Below are positions 14,131-26,748 of a stretch of DNA of 64,000 nt, piece after piece; position 1 is the first letter of the stretch, and the number at the start of each line of letters is the position of its first letter. The stretch covers positions 32,302,001-32,366,000 of the forward strand of contig JAQFVV010000002.1 in NCBI GenBank assembly GCA_028023455.1, written 5' to 3'. The translations under genes and the position numbers were made by a program. This DNA comes from Epiperipatus broadwayi (Eukaryota > Animalia > Onychophora). The notes beneath the pieces are model-generated. The model searched no databases. It saw only the letters and a program-made list of their open reading frames with translations, and was not told the origin of the DNA.

Positions 14131-15356
14131 AATCACATATGACCATATTGAAATTGTTTTATTTTAGTCATTTTCTGAAACAATCTAATTTATTAAAAAA
14201 AAAAAAAAATTTGTGAGATTCCAATTGTGTAAAAAGAAATGATCAGCATTCTGTTATCGCAATAATAAATATACCATTTAGCGACTTGAAAAATTAAATA
14301 AATGATAGACCATTCTGGGAAAACGCAAATTATGTAGTTATCTAAGCTGACGCTTAGTAACACATAGTAATGATATTAAAACTTAAAAACCGAAAGACAA
14401 TTGGAAGATTCAAATTAAGCAGAATTAAAAATATAATAATAAATTTTATTTATTTATTTTTTTATGGTATTTTTATTAATATATTTTTTACTATGTTTAT
14501 ACTATAATCCTTTCCCCTCCATCGAGTAATTTTATTATTTACTCATTCCATATACAATTACATACATCATTAACAAACATATTATTAATTTTTTTATTGA
14601 ATTGAAAATCTTTTAATATGTGTAAGTTAGTAACAAGTAAATCTTTTATATTGTATCAGTATTTGCTTTGACGAGAATTTATTCTTTGCTATTTTCTTTC
14701 TATAACCCAGCCAGCATTTAATAAAAGATTTTAAGAGTATACAAGTCTCTCTCTTTGTAATTATAACAGTTCTTTCTTACTGTTTTGCATTGTAATTTTA
14801 AGAACAACTTTGTACATTCCTTCTGATAACAGCAGTATTTTCACATACACATTATGAAATATCAGGAAAAAATTTCAGATTACCACAAGCTTTCATACAA
14901 ATTCTTATAACTATTTTATAGATTCTTCATTCTATTTGCTGAAATATATAATTTTTTTTAGCAATGATAGCTGTTTTGTGCTTTTTCAACTCTGTAAATA
15001 CATTTTTAAAAAGATTTTATACTTAAAAATTGCTGTACCACCATTTTGAGATTTTGTTTGCTATTTTTTTTTTTTTTTTATTCATTTTGAATACAATAAA
15101 AATATAATTTAACTGACTGTGATGGAAAAATTGCAAAGTTGAAAAGTTAATTTTTGTTAAATATTATAACTATCTCGGAACAAAATAACCTTGAATGCAT
15201 TTTAACTTGGTGAAATTAATTAGTTAAAGCAAGATATTTCTTTAATTAACTGAAAAATGTTCTATTCTTAGATAACATTTAACAAATATAATTTAAGAAA
15301 AAAAAAAATCTCAAATAAATAATTCAGAAATATTAGGCAATTTGACAAATATTAAT

Positions 15357-15654
15357 AGATGTGATATGTTGGACTATTTCCATCATCTGTGAGTGAATGT
15401 TGAATGTACAGAAAATTTTAAACTTTCCAAATACAAACAACTTGTTAGTAATAACACACAAATAGACAACACAGGGTGTAAGTACTAGCCTGTGTTGTCT
15501 ATTTGTGTGTTATTACTAACATGTTGTCTATATTTGGAAAGTTTAAATAAAGTTTAAAATTTTCTATACATTCAACATTCACTCATAGAAGATGGAAATA
15601 GTTCAACATATCACATCTAATAATATACCATCATCACAAACCTTCAGACAAATA
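15357..15654 (+). mobile_element. Fold-back insertion derived from a PLE terminal repeat
   Basis: Arms about 15349-15475 and 15489-15626 with a 13-nt loop. The right arm is homologous to 27721-27840. Possible 12-bp TSD acaaatattaat at 15345-15356 and 15655-15666. Confidence 0.75.
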
Positions 15655-16019
15655 ACAAATATTAATTTTTGAGGCAAAAAGATATTTTGATAATACTAGA
15701 AATACTTTGAACATAAAAAATTTCAAATTATACAAATTTTTACCTCGTAGAACATAATTAATTATATTGGTTTTTAATACTAAATTTATACCCTAAATTA
15801 TAGGATAAAATTTAAAAGTCATATTGAATATGGTTTTGTATAATCCTCATTTAACATCACTGATTTATAGTATGGCACAAGAAGAAAGAATTATTACCTT
15901 CTAAATAAAATTAAAATCTGCATTTGAATAAAATAAGGTATTCCGTAAATCAAAATAAGTTAGTTATAAAGTAAAATGACTCATTTGTTAGTATTATTTA
16001 TTTATTGGCTTGCATGGTT

Positions 16020-16600
16020 TTTTGCACAGCAGTAGAGTGTCTACCTTGGGATTGTGAGGTTCCATGATGATTCTGGCACTCAAATTTCTTATGAACTCCT
16101 GAGCACGATTTGGTGCCACAATAGAGCTTCTGACTTGGGATCTTTCCATGATGATTCTGGCACTCAAATTTCTTATGAACTCCTGAGCATGATTTGGTGC
16201 CACAATAGAGCTTCTGACTTGGGATCTTTCCATGATGATTCTGGCACTCAAATTTCTTATGAACTCCTGAGCATGATTTGGTGCCACAATAGAGCTTCTG
16301 ACTTGGGATCTTTCCATGATGATTCTGGCACTCAAGTTTCTTATGAACTCCTGAGCATGATTTGGTGCCACAGTAGAGCTTCTGACTTGGGATCGGAAGT
16401 TTCCATGATGATTCTGGCACTCAAATTTCTTACGAACTTCCAAGCAATAAAGCAATTAGCCTTTTTTTTTCTTGTGCGTTTGACGCAGCAGTGAAGCATG
16501 TGACTTGGAATTAGGAAATCCCAGGATCTATTCTGCTGCTTGCAGATTTAACACTCAAACATCTTATGAACTCCCAAGCAATAAAGCTATTAACTTTTTA
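16020..16600 (+). repeat. Tandem array of 84-bp tRNA-derived (tRNA-Arg-like) SINE units
   Basis: About five 84-bp units plus one diverged unit. tctgacttgggatcggaagtttccatgatgattctggc resembles tRNA-Arg TCTGACTACGGATCAGAAGATTCCAGGTTCGACTCCTGGC (reference from memory). The array ends in aataaag and a T-run. Confidence 0.75.
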
Positions 16601-17099
16601 TTTATTTACATAATTTCCATTATATATTTACTTTTATACATATGGATATATTTAATAAAAAAAAATTTGTTATTGATCATGTGATGCTTTGTGTTTACCA
16701 TCCATGCCAAAAGGTCAAAGTTATTTATAGTTAGCATAAAGCTGTCACTAAATATATAGTTATTGCCCTACCTATGGAACTGTACAAACAAGTTTAATTT
16801 GGGTTAAAGAAACAGTAAAATGTTTTAATCTCAGATTATTAACTTAGATAATATAAATGAAGTAAAAATGTCAACTGGATATGTAGTTGCAAATTTAATG
16901 CTCTTAATTAAAGCAGGGCCATGGTCAGGAACTAGTTTATTTGGCTATAGTACTGTCATCTAGTATCCATTAATTTTTAAGCTTTAATAGATGGCTATAG
17001 AGTAGAATGAATAGAATAAATTATTACTCCTACTCTAAGTGTTGCAAGCTATGTACTGCCATTTAATTTTTATCTACTTTAGTAATTTCTATGATATTA

Positions 17100-17460
17100 T
17101 AGAATATTTTGAAGAGTGCTTTCATTGCAGTTCTATAGATGTTAGATCTAGTAAATTTCGGAGATTGTTTGTTAAGAAATCTGAATCATTTATAAACATT
17201 ATAAGGCTTATTGGCAGGGTGTGGCTATGCATTATCTTGTTGGGGAATTCCTCCCGGCTGTCATTCACTAAAAAATTTTATCCACATTCTGGCAAGCTAT
17301 TAAAAGACCAATGAATGAATGTCATTCCTCTTATGGACAACTGATATTCTAGAGTCATATAATTCATAGTTGCAGACTGCCATTATTAGTATGATAACAT
17401 TTTCTACCACCATATATGGGTTCAGATTACACCTGTTGAATGGTATCTATAATAGTTTAT
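17100..17460 (-). mobile_element. Tc1/mariner transposase fragment
   Basis: Minus strand gives IPQQDNA.PHPA and LDLTSIE..W, the Tc1 DDE-region motifs. Confidence 0.5.
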
Positions 17461-17585
17461 AGTTGTACTTTTATCTCTCAACTAATATACTCATTTTTTT
17501 AAAAAAAAATAATACTCATTTAGTTGATACCTTATTAGCTGCTACCATTATCTTTGAACCTTATTGTAACCATTGCTACCAAACA

Positions 17586-17616
<31 letters not shown>

Positions 17617-20389
17617 TGTATACAGGCTAGCTTGATGCTGTGCCATCAAGCTCTATGTAGTCTTATTATATCCTGCTAAAATATGTTTAACTACTGATAT
17701 TGTTAGCAATAAAATCTTTTGGTCATCTGATTTTTGAATATGAAAATTAGCACTGAATTTTCTGCTACATTTAAAATGCAGTATTGTCTGTTATATTCCT
17801 TTTTTTTTTTTAAAAAATCCAATTTTCTCTATATATTGCATGTAATTGGCTGCTAAGTTTGATTGCTCAATAAACAGTTCTAGAACAAAATATATAAGCA
17901 CTGAACAAATCACTGGACACAATTATAATCTCTTACCAGCAGATTAATTTTTTAAAAAACAATTATCGGAGGTTGGTTGCTCTGCCGAAGATTATTTATT
18001 GATTTACTGTATGAAACTGAATGTTAAATTAAATGTAAACTGGAAAAGTCATGATGCTTCATAATGGTACATTCTGGTTCACAATAATCTGAATGCGTTT
18101 GTCAGTAGACTGTTCGTTAATGAAACTGATTATCCTTCACCTTTTTAATAAAATAAACATTTTAGCGCTGATATACTAGTTATGGAGATAAATTGTGTTT
18201 GCGCATTCTTTTGTATCTAAAACTTTCTTAATGGAAAACAATTACTATCGCATAGTTATTAGGAAATGGATGGATGTGAAAAAGCGAAACACAAATGATC
18301 TTATAAATGTAACAGGAGTCTATGAAAAGAAGCGGAAGTGTTATGGAAAAACAAGTTTTTTATTCTATAGCATCAGGATTATTACAAGAAGGTTTTGTCT
18401 CAAAGTCAAAATAATATTGTAACGAACATATAGTTAAATTAGAGATGCGTAAATTCTTTTGTTCTTGTTTATCTGAAAATTGTTGCAATATTTATAGCTA
18501 TCACCTCTAATTCATATGAACTAAAAAAAAAAAACATGATTTAAATAATTGTGAATAACTGAATATTTATTAACCGAATTTCGCAAGTATAATGATTTTT
18601 TAAAAAACTTACATAATGAAGTCTCTGAAATTTGCACAAGTACATTTTTTATTATATTAATATATATAACATTAAGTTATTTATTTTATGAAATAAATAA
18701 TGTAATTGATTTGTTGACTGTCCCAACATAAAATTAAGGTGACTGTAATTCAGAATAATTGAATTATCATTTGTGTAAATAGCAATCAATGCTTTAATAT
18801 GAAAAATTATAAATACATACATTCTTTTGTTAATATCTTGGTGGGTTTTTTTTTAGATAATCAATAGTTAATAAATATATATAATTTCATTGAAAATGGG
18901 GGAAAATTATGTTTTTTTCTTAAGGCACGCCCTACAGTTTTTATACCTTTAGTTTAATGGAAGATTACTGATGGTTAGAGTGAGAGATTTGGTCAATATT
19001 CAGATATATGTAGGCATTATTAGTATGATAGTAAAGAGATAGCTATTACATAAATGAAAAAAAAATATTGGAGGTGAATGGCCAGAGAAAGAAAGATATG
19101 ACTGATTGCATAAGAAGCAAGAAATGAAAGAGGTAAAACATTGATAAGTTTTTATAGGAAAATAATTAACACCCGATATAAAAATCAGAATACGGAAATT
19201 GTATTAGAAAAATGATAAAAACTATTTTCATTTAGATTACATGTTAATTCAGAGTAGTTCTGTGTTAATACTAAGATTTTATACTGGAATCATGAAATTG
19301 ATATGGATTCTTATTGTTCTTTTAAAATTTAATCTTAAGATTAATACAAGAACTGAAAATATAAAAAAAAATTGGTTATTGATAAATTAAAAAAAAAATT
19401 GTGGGGAGGGGGGGGGGTAAGTTTAAATAATCAAAGATGGATAAAGTAAATTTAAATTAGAGGTAGAAATTATTTCAAGCAAGTTTAACAGTAGTTGTGT
19501 TTTATTTTGAAAACAGCAAAAGATTAGCCACAAATAATATAATGATAAAGAGAAAAAATAGAAAACAAAGCCTAGAAATATGTATAAGATAGCTTAACTG
19601 AAATTAAAGTGATTGATTAAAAGAGAATAAAATTTTAGAAATGGAAAAATTTCAAAGAAAAAATAGGTTTGGTATTTATGTTAAAGTAATTAGATGGGGT
19701 TTATTAGGATTACGGAAATATAGTAATTGAAACATGGTATGGAATTAAACATTATTTGAATTGAATGCAGAAAGCATAAATAAATGATTTAAATGTCAAA
19801 AATGACATGTTTTTATTAATGTTAATTGAAAAGAAAACCATGTTGGTATTGTACTGGCAATTATTCATACAAAGATCCAGTGGGTGACTGTTACATGGCG
19901 GAGTGACTATATTTATTTATTAATCTAATTTAATAACAGTCGGATAATGATCAGTCTGGGCCTACATTAAGTACAAATCTTTATGCAGATCCAGTCATAT
20001 TTTTTGATCTTCCTTCTTTCCATATTTATGGCATTATTCTGATATAATATAAAATAGTATACTTGTAATTCGGATAAGAAAATTTATGAGAAACAAAATT
20101 CTTAATTACAACAATAAATTTCTTTAATACAATAGAATAAAAACAATGTAACTTTAATATTTACATGATTAACATAATAAAATAAGTAGCATGCATAACA
20201 AAATATTTTTAATTATTTATTCAGTAAAAGTCATTGTAAAAATCTTACTCAGTTTACCTTTTTTTTTTTTATCTTCAGCTCAATTTATTTTTAAACAGTA
20301 AAACTAATTTAAAATTGAGATCTCTGGCCAGGACAATTGTAGTTTTATATTGAAATTTATAAGTTATACAGCTTGACTATTTTTCTTTA

Positions 20390-20560
20390 AATAAGTTGTT
20401 TTTTGATTGTTGTACCTTATAATTGAGGGAATCAGATATGCCAAATGTGTATAAATACTTCTCTTCTTGGGTAATTTCTTCTTATAACTCTTAGTTAACC
20501 AATAATTTTTTTTTGTAATATTAAATTGTATTATAGCATCCATAGGATAATGATTTGCAC
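20390..20560 (-). mobile_element. Inverted PLE RT-thumb/linker fragment
   Basis: ORF 20364-20570 has NHYP..I..NI.KK...KLPKKRSIYTHLAY, resembling PLE NGYP...I....YISLPY. It adjoins a + strand HHR. Confidence 0.45.
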
Positions 20561-20592
20561 AAATTTGCATTCATTATGTTTTCGGATAATAA

Positions 20593-20636
20593 TGGTTATG
20601 AATACGGAGTAAACATATTCTGAAAGCGCTAAGCTA
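20593..20636 (+). ncRNA. Minimal hammerhead motif with A3-U8 core
   Basis: tggtt-ATGAATA-c-GGAGT-aaacat-ATTCT-GAAA-GCGC-TA-agcta. Helix I is 5 bp (2 wobbles), helix II is 5 bp, helix III is AGCGCU. Confidence 0.7.
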
Positions 20637-22689
20637 AACATTATTTGTGAAAATTTTTATTAACTTCACTTATATACATTTAAAGCGTATTATAAGTAAT
20701 AAGTTACAGTGTTGACAGATAAACTAAGAGATTATTCAGTATTAAGCATTATCATCACTGCATGAATTAGCTACACTTCTGGAAAGATGAGATTAATTGC
20801 AAATATATGAATATGTGACACTCCCAATCATTTCCCTAGCTTTTATTTTATAAGCAGCATAAAGAACTTAACTGAATTCCCTCCAAATTTGAAAGCAGAC
20901 GATTTTCTGGGGAAAGGGGAGTCTTCATTGTCTGTAAACTCTCCAAATTTCCATATCAACTTAATGTTTTGAAAATAGTTAATTTTATTTTAGAATTATT
21001 ATTTTAAAATATCAAGAAATAAACTTTTATTTCTTTATTTTGTTTTCCAATTTGTCAATACATTAATGACTTAAAATAAATAAATAACTTGTATAAAGTT
21101 TTAAAATCCATAATAACTTTTGTATTCATTTTTTCAAAAATTATACATTTAAACTACATCAGAGAGGGTTACAATATGAAACAAGTTAGTGAAGACAGAG
21201 TTCATAAAAATAGTAAAATGAAGACTAGCATAGAATTGAGAATTTATGAATTTCTAGTTGGATTATAAAGTAGATCATGAAATTAAATATAAGGTAGATG
21301 ATAATCGTAAATTGTAATTAAAGTAGATTTTCCCCTCTAACAGTTATGAGTTCATTGGAGAAATGGTATAATGTTATAAAATGTAGAAATGTCATATGTG
21401 ACTAAGATACTAAGTCTTGGATAGATGTATTTTTAATGAGCATGTTTTTATCTAAAGAGCATTTTAGATTTAGACTAGGTAAAGATATAATATATTTTAG
21501 TTGGGGGAAGTGATTACTATAATTGAATAATGAATAAAAGAAAAGAGAATAATACTTACTGTTTTTGAAAGAATGAACTGATTTCTCTATTGAATAACTT
21601 GAAGAATAAAAATTCATTTTAGAAAGGGAGATGATTATTAGATAATTTGTATATGAGTCGAGATATTTGTAAGCATAGTCAGTTTACAGAGTATATCAGT
21701 GTATAAACAGAAGTTTGATAGTGATTTGGCCATGCTTATGATTTATAAATTGCAATGATAAATAGTTATTTAGTAATAAAGATAATTATGCAGTTTATTG
21801 ATTTTATACATAGAAAAGAGGATTGTTAAATAATATATCCTTATATATATGGAGCAGTGACTTGAACTGTTAAGAAAAGCAAGGAGAAATGACTAGATTT
21901 ACTTGCTTTTGAAAAAGACAGATGAAAGTAATTATGTGATTTGAAATATGAATGTATTCTAAAAAAATCCTCTTCTGCTTTCTATTAAGGAAATTAATCA
22001 GTAGAAGAAAGGGATTGGAAGTTTATTCATTGGATAGAGAAATTATACTGGTTTTGCTGAAAGATTTTTTGAGAGCTAAAGAATTAGAAAAGAAAGGAGG
22101 GTATAAATGGTCTAAAAGAAATGTGCATAGTGTGTTACAATGAAAAGGTAACTGGTGACTTATTTCTCTACAACCTGCCTGTAACGCCATTTCTAAATTA
22201 ACGTGTGATGTAGTAACATAGCTAATCATTTTATTTTTAAGGCATTAGAATATCTGAATCATGAGTTACAATATGAAATGTTACTGCATTTTATATCTTA
22301 ATCCAGTCATACTCAACTTTTTTCCTTTCTAACCACACACGTTTGTTACATTGAACAGGCTGCAGCTTAGTACACTATATCTCATAATATGGTAAAAATA
22401 AATCTAAATATGTCCAAATTATTGTTGAGTTTGATGTTGTGACGAACTTGACTATTTTCACATATTTCATTTTAAAATAGAATGATTAGCAAATATATAT
22501 TGGTGCGAACATGAGCAGAACTGTACATACTTTTGTATTTTTCCATTTTTCACAGCCTTATTTTTAAAATTTGACATATTCCTTTCCTCTTTTAAAATAA
22601 TCTCCAGATTCATATTGATTTTGAGCTTGATGAACTTGACAAATAGATTGCATAATCATATCCCAATGCATCTAGTTGTACAATAGGTA

Positions 22690-23626
22690 CTGTTTCTAAT
22701 TACCAGGGATTTTCTACAAGCAACAGACAATTCTTAATATTCCTTAAATTCTGAAATATGCTTTAAATACTTTGTAAAAGCCAGATGTCAATATCAAACT
22801 GTTTAGCTTTTATGATTGGAAAATTATGTACTATTTGGTTTTCTATTTTCTCGTAATAGGTGTTTAGTTTCTCTTCAAAAGCAAATAGTTTATTCACCAT
22901 ATGTAAAAAGATTTTACTTTCAGTTTTGAAAACCACTTTTGAGCTCATCAAATTTTTCTGTGTTGGCGCACAGTAAACTTAAAAGACACCACCATCCATC
23001 ATTTTCAATTTGCTGTAAATTTTGTTTTGTTGTAAAAATAAGATAAAATTTTTGCTGTAAACAAACAACCAATTAAGAAATTTTTTTTTGCTTAACCATC
23101 GTACCAAGATATGTAAAAGAATGTCACTATAATTGTTCATTTTCATATCTTATTGGCGGCCCACAAGCAAAGGAGTTCTTAATGTTTTGTGTTTATGGTA
23201 TTTTAATGGATAATGTTATATTTTTTAATATAACACTTTCATGACGTCAAACAAATTGCCGAACTGTTTATTTTGTGCAATAAAATATTTTCCAAATTGT
23301 CTTGAAACTATTTTTATCAGATATTTTTTGTTTATATTTAGAAGACACTCCTGTCATTGTGAATAATTAAATTATGGTTTGACATAAAACAGTTTCAAAA
23401 CAGTCACAAGTTTGCTATCATAATCAATACTTGTAATTACAAGAAACAAAACTATCATGCATCGATGTAATTGCGCAGTTAAAACAAACAAATGCATTGT
23501 GAGAACAGTTTTCAATCGAAGGATGGTTAAGTGCAGCACATCTCAAGATTTTAAAAACTTAGATTAATGAATGTGTGCTTTGGGGCACAAATAAAAACTC
23601 TGCAGCCCACAGGTTGTGTGTGACTG
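22690..23626 (-). mobile_element. hAT transposon remnant (GTF2IRD2/Charlie-like transposase), internally deleted
   Basis: Minus-strand N-terminus ..KISDKNSFKTIW...AICL..HESV..K.YNII.H, and ORF 22763-22951 MVNKLFAFEEKL...HNFP. The terminus reads CAGTCACACACAACC. Confidence 0.6.
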
Positions 23627-24467
23627 CTTTAATCCATGATTAAATTATGTGTTAGCATTAAATTTTGTTTTAAATTGGGCCCAAGATTAATGAATGTGCT
23701 TCAGGTGGCAAATAAAAGCTTGGCAGGTCACAAGTTGCGTGTGACTGCTTTAACCCATGATTAAATTATGCGTTAGCGTTAAATTTTTGTTTTAAATTGA
23801 GTGTGTGCTTCATGCCGCAATAAAAGCTCGGCAGGCCATAGGTTGTGTGTGACTGCTTTAACCCATGATTAAATTATGTGTTAGCATTAAATTTTGTTTT
23901 AAATTGGGCCAAGATTAATGAATGTGCTTCAGGCGGCAAATAAAAGATTGGCAGGTCATAAGTTGCGTGTGACTGCTTTAACCCATGATTAAATTATGCG
24001 TTAGCATTAAATTTTTTTAAATTGAGTGTGTGCTTCAGGCCGCAATAAAAGTTCGGCAGGCCATAGGTTGTGTGTGACTGCTTTAACCCATGATTAAATT
24101 ATGTGTTAGCATTAAATTTTGTTTTAAATTGGGCCAAGATTAATGAATGTGCTTCAGGCGGCAAATAAAACCTTGGCAGGTCACAAGTTGCGTGTGACTG
24201 CTTTAACCCATGATTAAATTATGCGTTAGCGTTACATTTTTGTTTTAAATTGTGTGCTTCAGGCCACAATAAAAGCTCGGCAGGCCATAGGTTGTGTGTG
24301 ACTGCTTTAACCCATGATTAAATTATGTGTTAGCATTAAATTTTGTTTTAAATTGAGTGTGTGCTTCAGGCCACAATAAAAGCTCGGCAGGCCATAGGTT
24401 GTGTGTGACTGCTTTAACCCATGATTAAATTATGTGTTAGCATTAAATTTTGTTTTAAATTGGGCAA
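23560..24467. repeat. Minisatellite of eight hAT-end/flank junction units with alternating spacing
   Basis: tgactgcttt starts at 23621, 23742, 23850, 23970, 24075, 24195, 24299 and 24406 (spacings 121, 108, 120, 105, 120, 104, 107). Confidence 0.9.
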
Positions 24468-24902
24468 GACTGTTGTTAAAACATTTGAAATTATTCAGTG
24501 AGTACAGCAGTGAAGCTGGCAATCACAAAAATGTTTTCAAGATTTCATGATGGCAGAAAGAACATTGGAGACAATCAATAAAAGTTCAAAACATATTGTC
24601 GCATTTTGTGTTGGGATCCAGACTTACTAGCATCTTAAAATTTTTGTCGTGAATAGCTAAACTATGTCACTATGTATCACATTTATTGATTTAGAGATGG
24701 CACTGCAGGCAATTCAGAAAGAGAACCAGTGGTCATCTTTTCAATACTAGTTTTTGGAGAAAAGAGAAAATGATACGAAACTTATTTGGGGTATTATATA
24801 GAATTTGCCTTTGATGTAATTGATGATGAGAAATGAATCTAAAGGAAAAGTATATTTTATCTTTAAAAAATTGTTTCTAATTAAAATACTATTTATTTAT
24901 AG

Positions 24903-25064
24903 GTATTGAAAGATTATGTGCTTGTACAGATAGTGGAGATCTCCATTTTCTCGAAATTGTTTCCATACCGGTTAATACATCTAAAAGAAAAACTTGTCCT
25001 GATGGGCCGAGTACATCCAAACAAGTAACAAATACCAAAGCAGATTTTAAAAGCCACCATGAAG
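24903..25064 (+). CDS. BIRC6: BIRC6 exon C (GIERLCACTDSGDLHFLEI...)
   Basis: tatag acceptor, g|gtaagt donor, phase 1-1. Matches BIRC6 GTDRLCACTKGGELHFLQI. Not in the ORF track. Confidence 0.95.
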
Positions 25065-25796
25065 GTAAGTTTCCATATTAAATTTTATTTTTTGATTGTA
25101 CTTATAAATTATATCTATTATATGTAGATTATTTATTCTTTAACTTTGGATATTTTGGTGAACAAAATCACGATTCTTTGAAAGTAATGATGATAAGATC
25201 AAATATTTATCAAAAATAAAATTCAGGACTAAAATCTGTATATTAACATATAAACGTCATTGTACAATTGTCTATGCATTCTTTTATTTTGTGTGAGCAT
25301 TTGTGTTATATATATATATGCATACACATGTATTAAAATGAATTGGGCTCATAACCATATGTGGTTAAATAAAATTGATGTAAAGTATTGTTTGAACTAA
25401 ATCTTTAATTCAAAAAATGTGAAAAGGGATATCACCATGCTAAACGAAAAAAGATTAAATGGTATTAGTCATTGCTGTGAGTTTATAATTAGTAATATGC
25501 CAAAATATAGACATAATTTCTTTTAATTTTCTCTAAATAAAAATATTGGATGTATAGTGTATAGTAAATTTAATATTCAGGAGACCAGAAAGAATAAAAT
25601 AATCCATATCAGTAAAATAATTTTTCAAATAAAATTGTATAAAAAGTAAACAATAATCTTCCCATAATTAAAGATACAGAATAAAGGTCCAAAATTAACC
25701 AATTATAACCTCATAATTAAAATTTATTAAGTTATAAGTTGAAATCAATTGAAATTAATAAAATTTTGCATAAGTCATTCATAAGTTTATTAAAAA

Positions 25797-25903
25797 GCAA
25801 CTTGGTGGTTGAGAGGTCAGCACGACTGCCTTGCACTTGCAGGCAGTTGCCTGGGTTGCGGGTTCGCGTCCCAGCCGATGCTATGACACTTAAAAAAAAA
25901 AAA
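25797..25903 (+). mobile_element. tRNA-Gly-derived SINE or retro-pseudogene with A-tail
   Basis: GCAAC..GGTGGTT.AG.GGT...GGTTCG..TCCC.GCCGATGC aligns to tRNA-Gly(GCC) GCATCGGTGGTTCAGTGG...CCCGGCCGATGCA (from memory), followed by A12. Confidence 0.7.
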
Positions 25904-26748
25904 CAACTTAACGAGGTAATGAACAGCATAATGAAGAAAAGAGAAAAATCTTTGTATTTATCAAAAAAAAAATTTGATTATTTAAATAATTAAAATTATT
26001 TATTGAAGGAAGAAGGCATATGGATAATTGACGGAACAAAAAACAACAGATATTTAAGGGGTGTGTATTTGTTCAGATTTATTATCAACATCAGTTTCTA
26101 AAAGCAAATGCCTTGTCTTTGCAGCCGCATTGTTCTATCTTCAGCATTTCGTTTCGTCTTTGCATAGGCACAACATTCAATTTCACTGATGACATTTTTT
26201 AGATAGGATTTTCTTGGTGTGCCTATCAATCTTTTTTCTAAAATTTTGCCTTCCAAATTATTTGATTGAAAAACTTAATCTTTCTCATTTTTATTGTATT
26301 CAGTAATTCTCTTTTCACTCCAACTTCTCTTAATATTTGATTATTATTCTTCATTTCCATCTGATTCATGCTAATCAATCTTCTCCAAAGCCACATTTTA
26401 ATTTCTTCCAATCTTTTTTTTTATTGGTTTCCCAAGGTCTATGTCTCAGAATCATATGTCACCTCTTCAAATGAAGATTTTAATAAATTTCATTTTATTT
26501 TTTTAATCCTTTTTTTTTTTTAATAGTAAAGTTTTTTTTATTGTGAAAACTATGTTTTGCTAATATTAATTTAATCTCCACAAGACAACCATTGTCATCA
26601 CAAAAGATACTTCCCAGATAATAAAATTTCTTAACTTGTTCTAAATGTATTATTTATCAACAGCAATCAGTATTTTTATCTTTCTGTCTATCTCCATCAT
26701 CCTGTTCCTATTAACATTTATCAAGTTAAAAGACTATAAGCATATTCA

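Noticed and set aside
15994-16494. Three overlapping ORFs of 140-153 aa on both strands
   Set aside because: They result from an 84-bp (28-codon) stop-poor tandem repeat of SINE origin; no protein homology.
16020-24467. CRISPR-like appearance of the two tandem arrays
   Set aside because: There are no unique spacers, units are contiguous, the context is a eukaryotic intron, and no cas genes are present.
24903-25064. Symmetric phase 1-1 exon as a candidate cassette exon
   Set aside because: It encodes a conserved repeat strand (ERLCAC..G.LHFL), and there is no transcript evidence for skipping.
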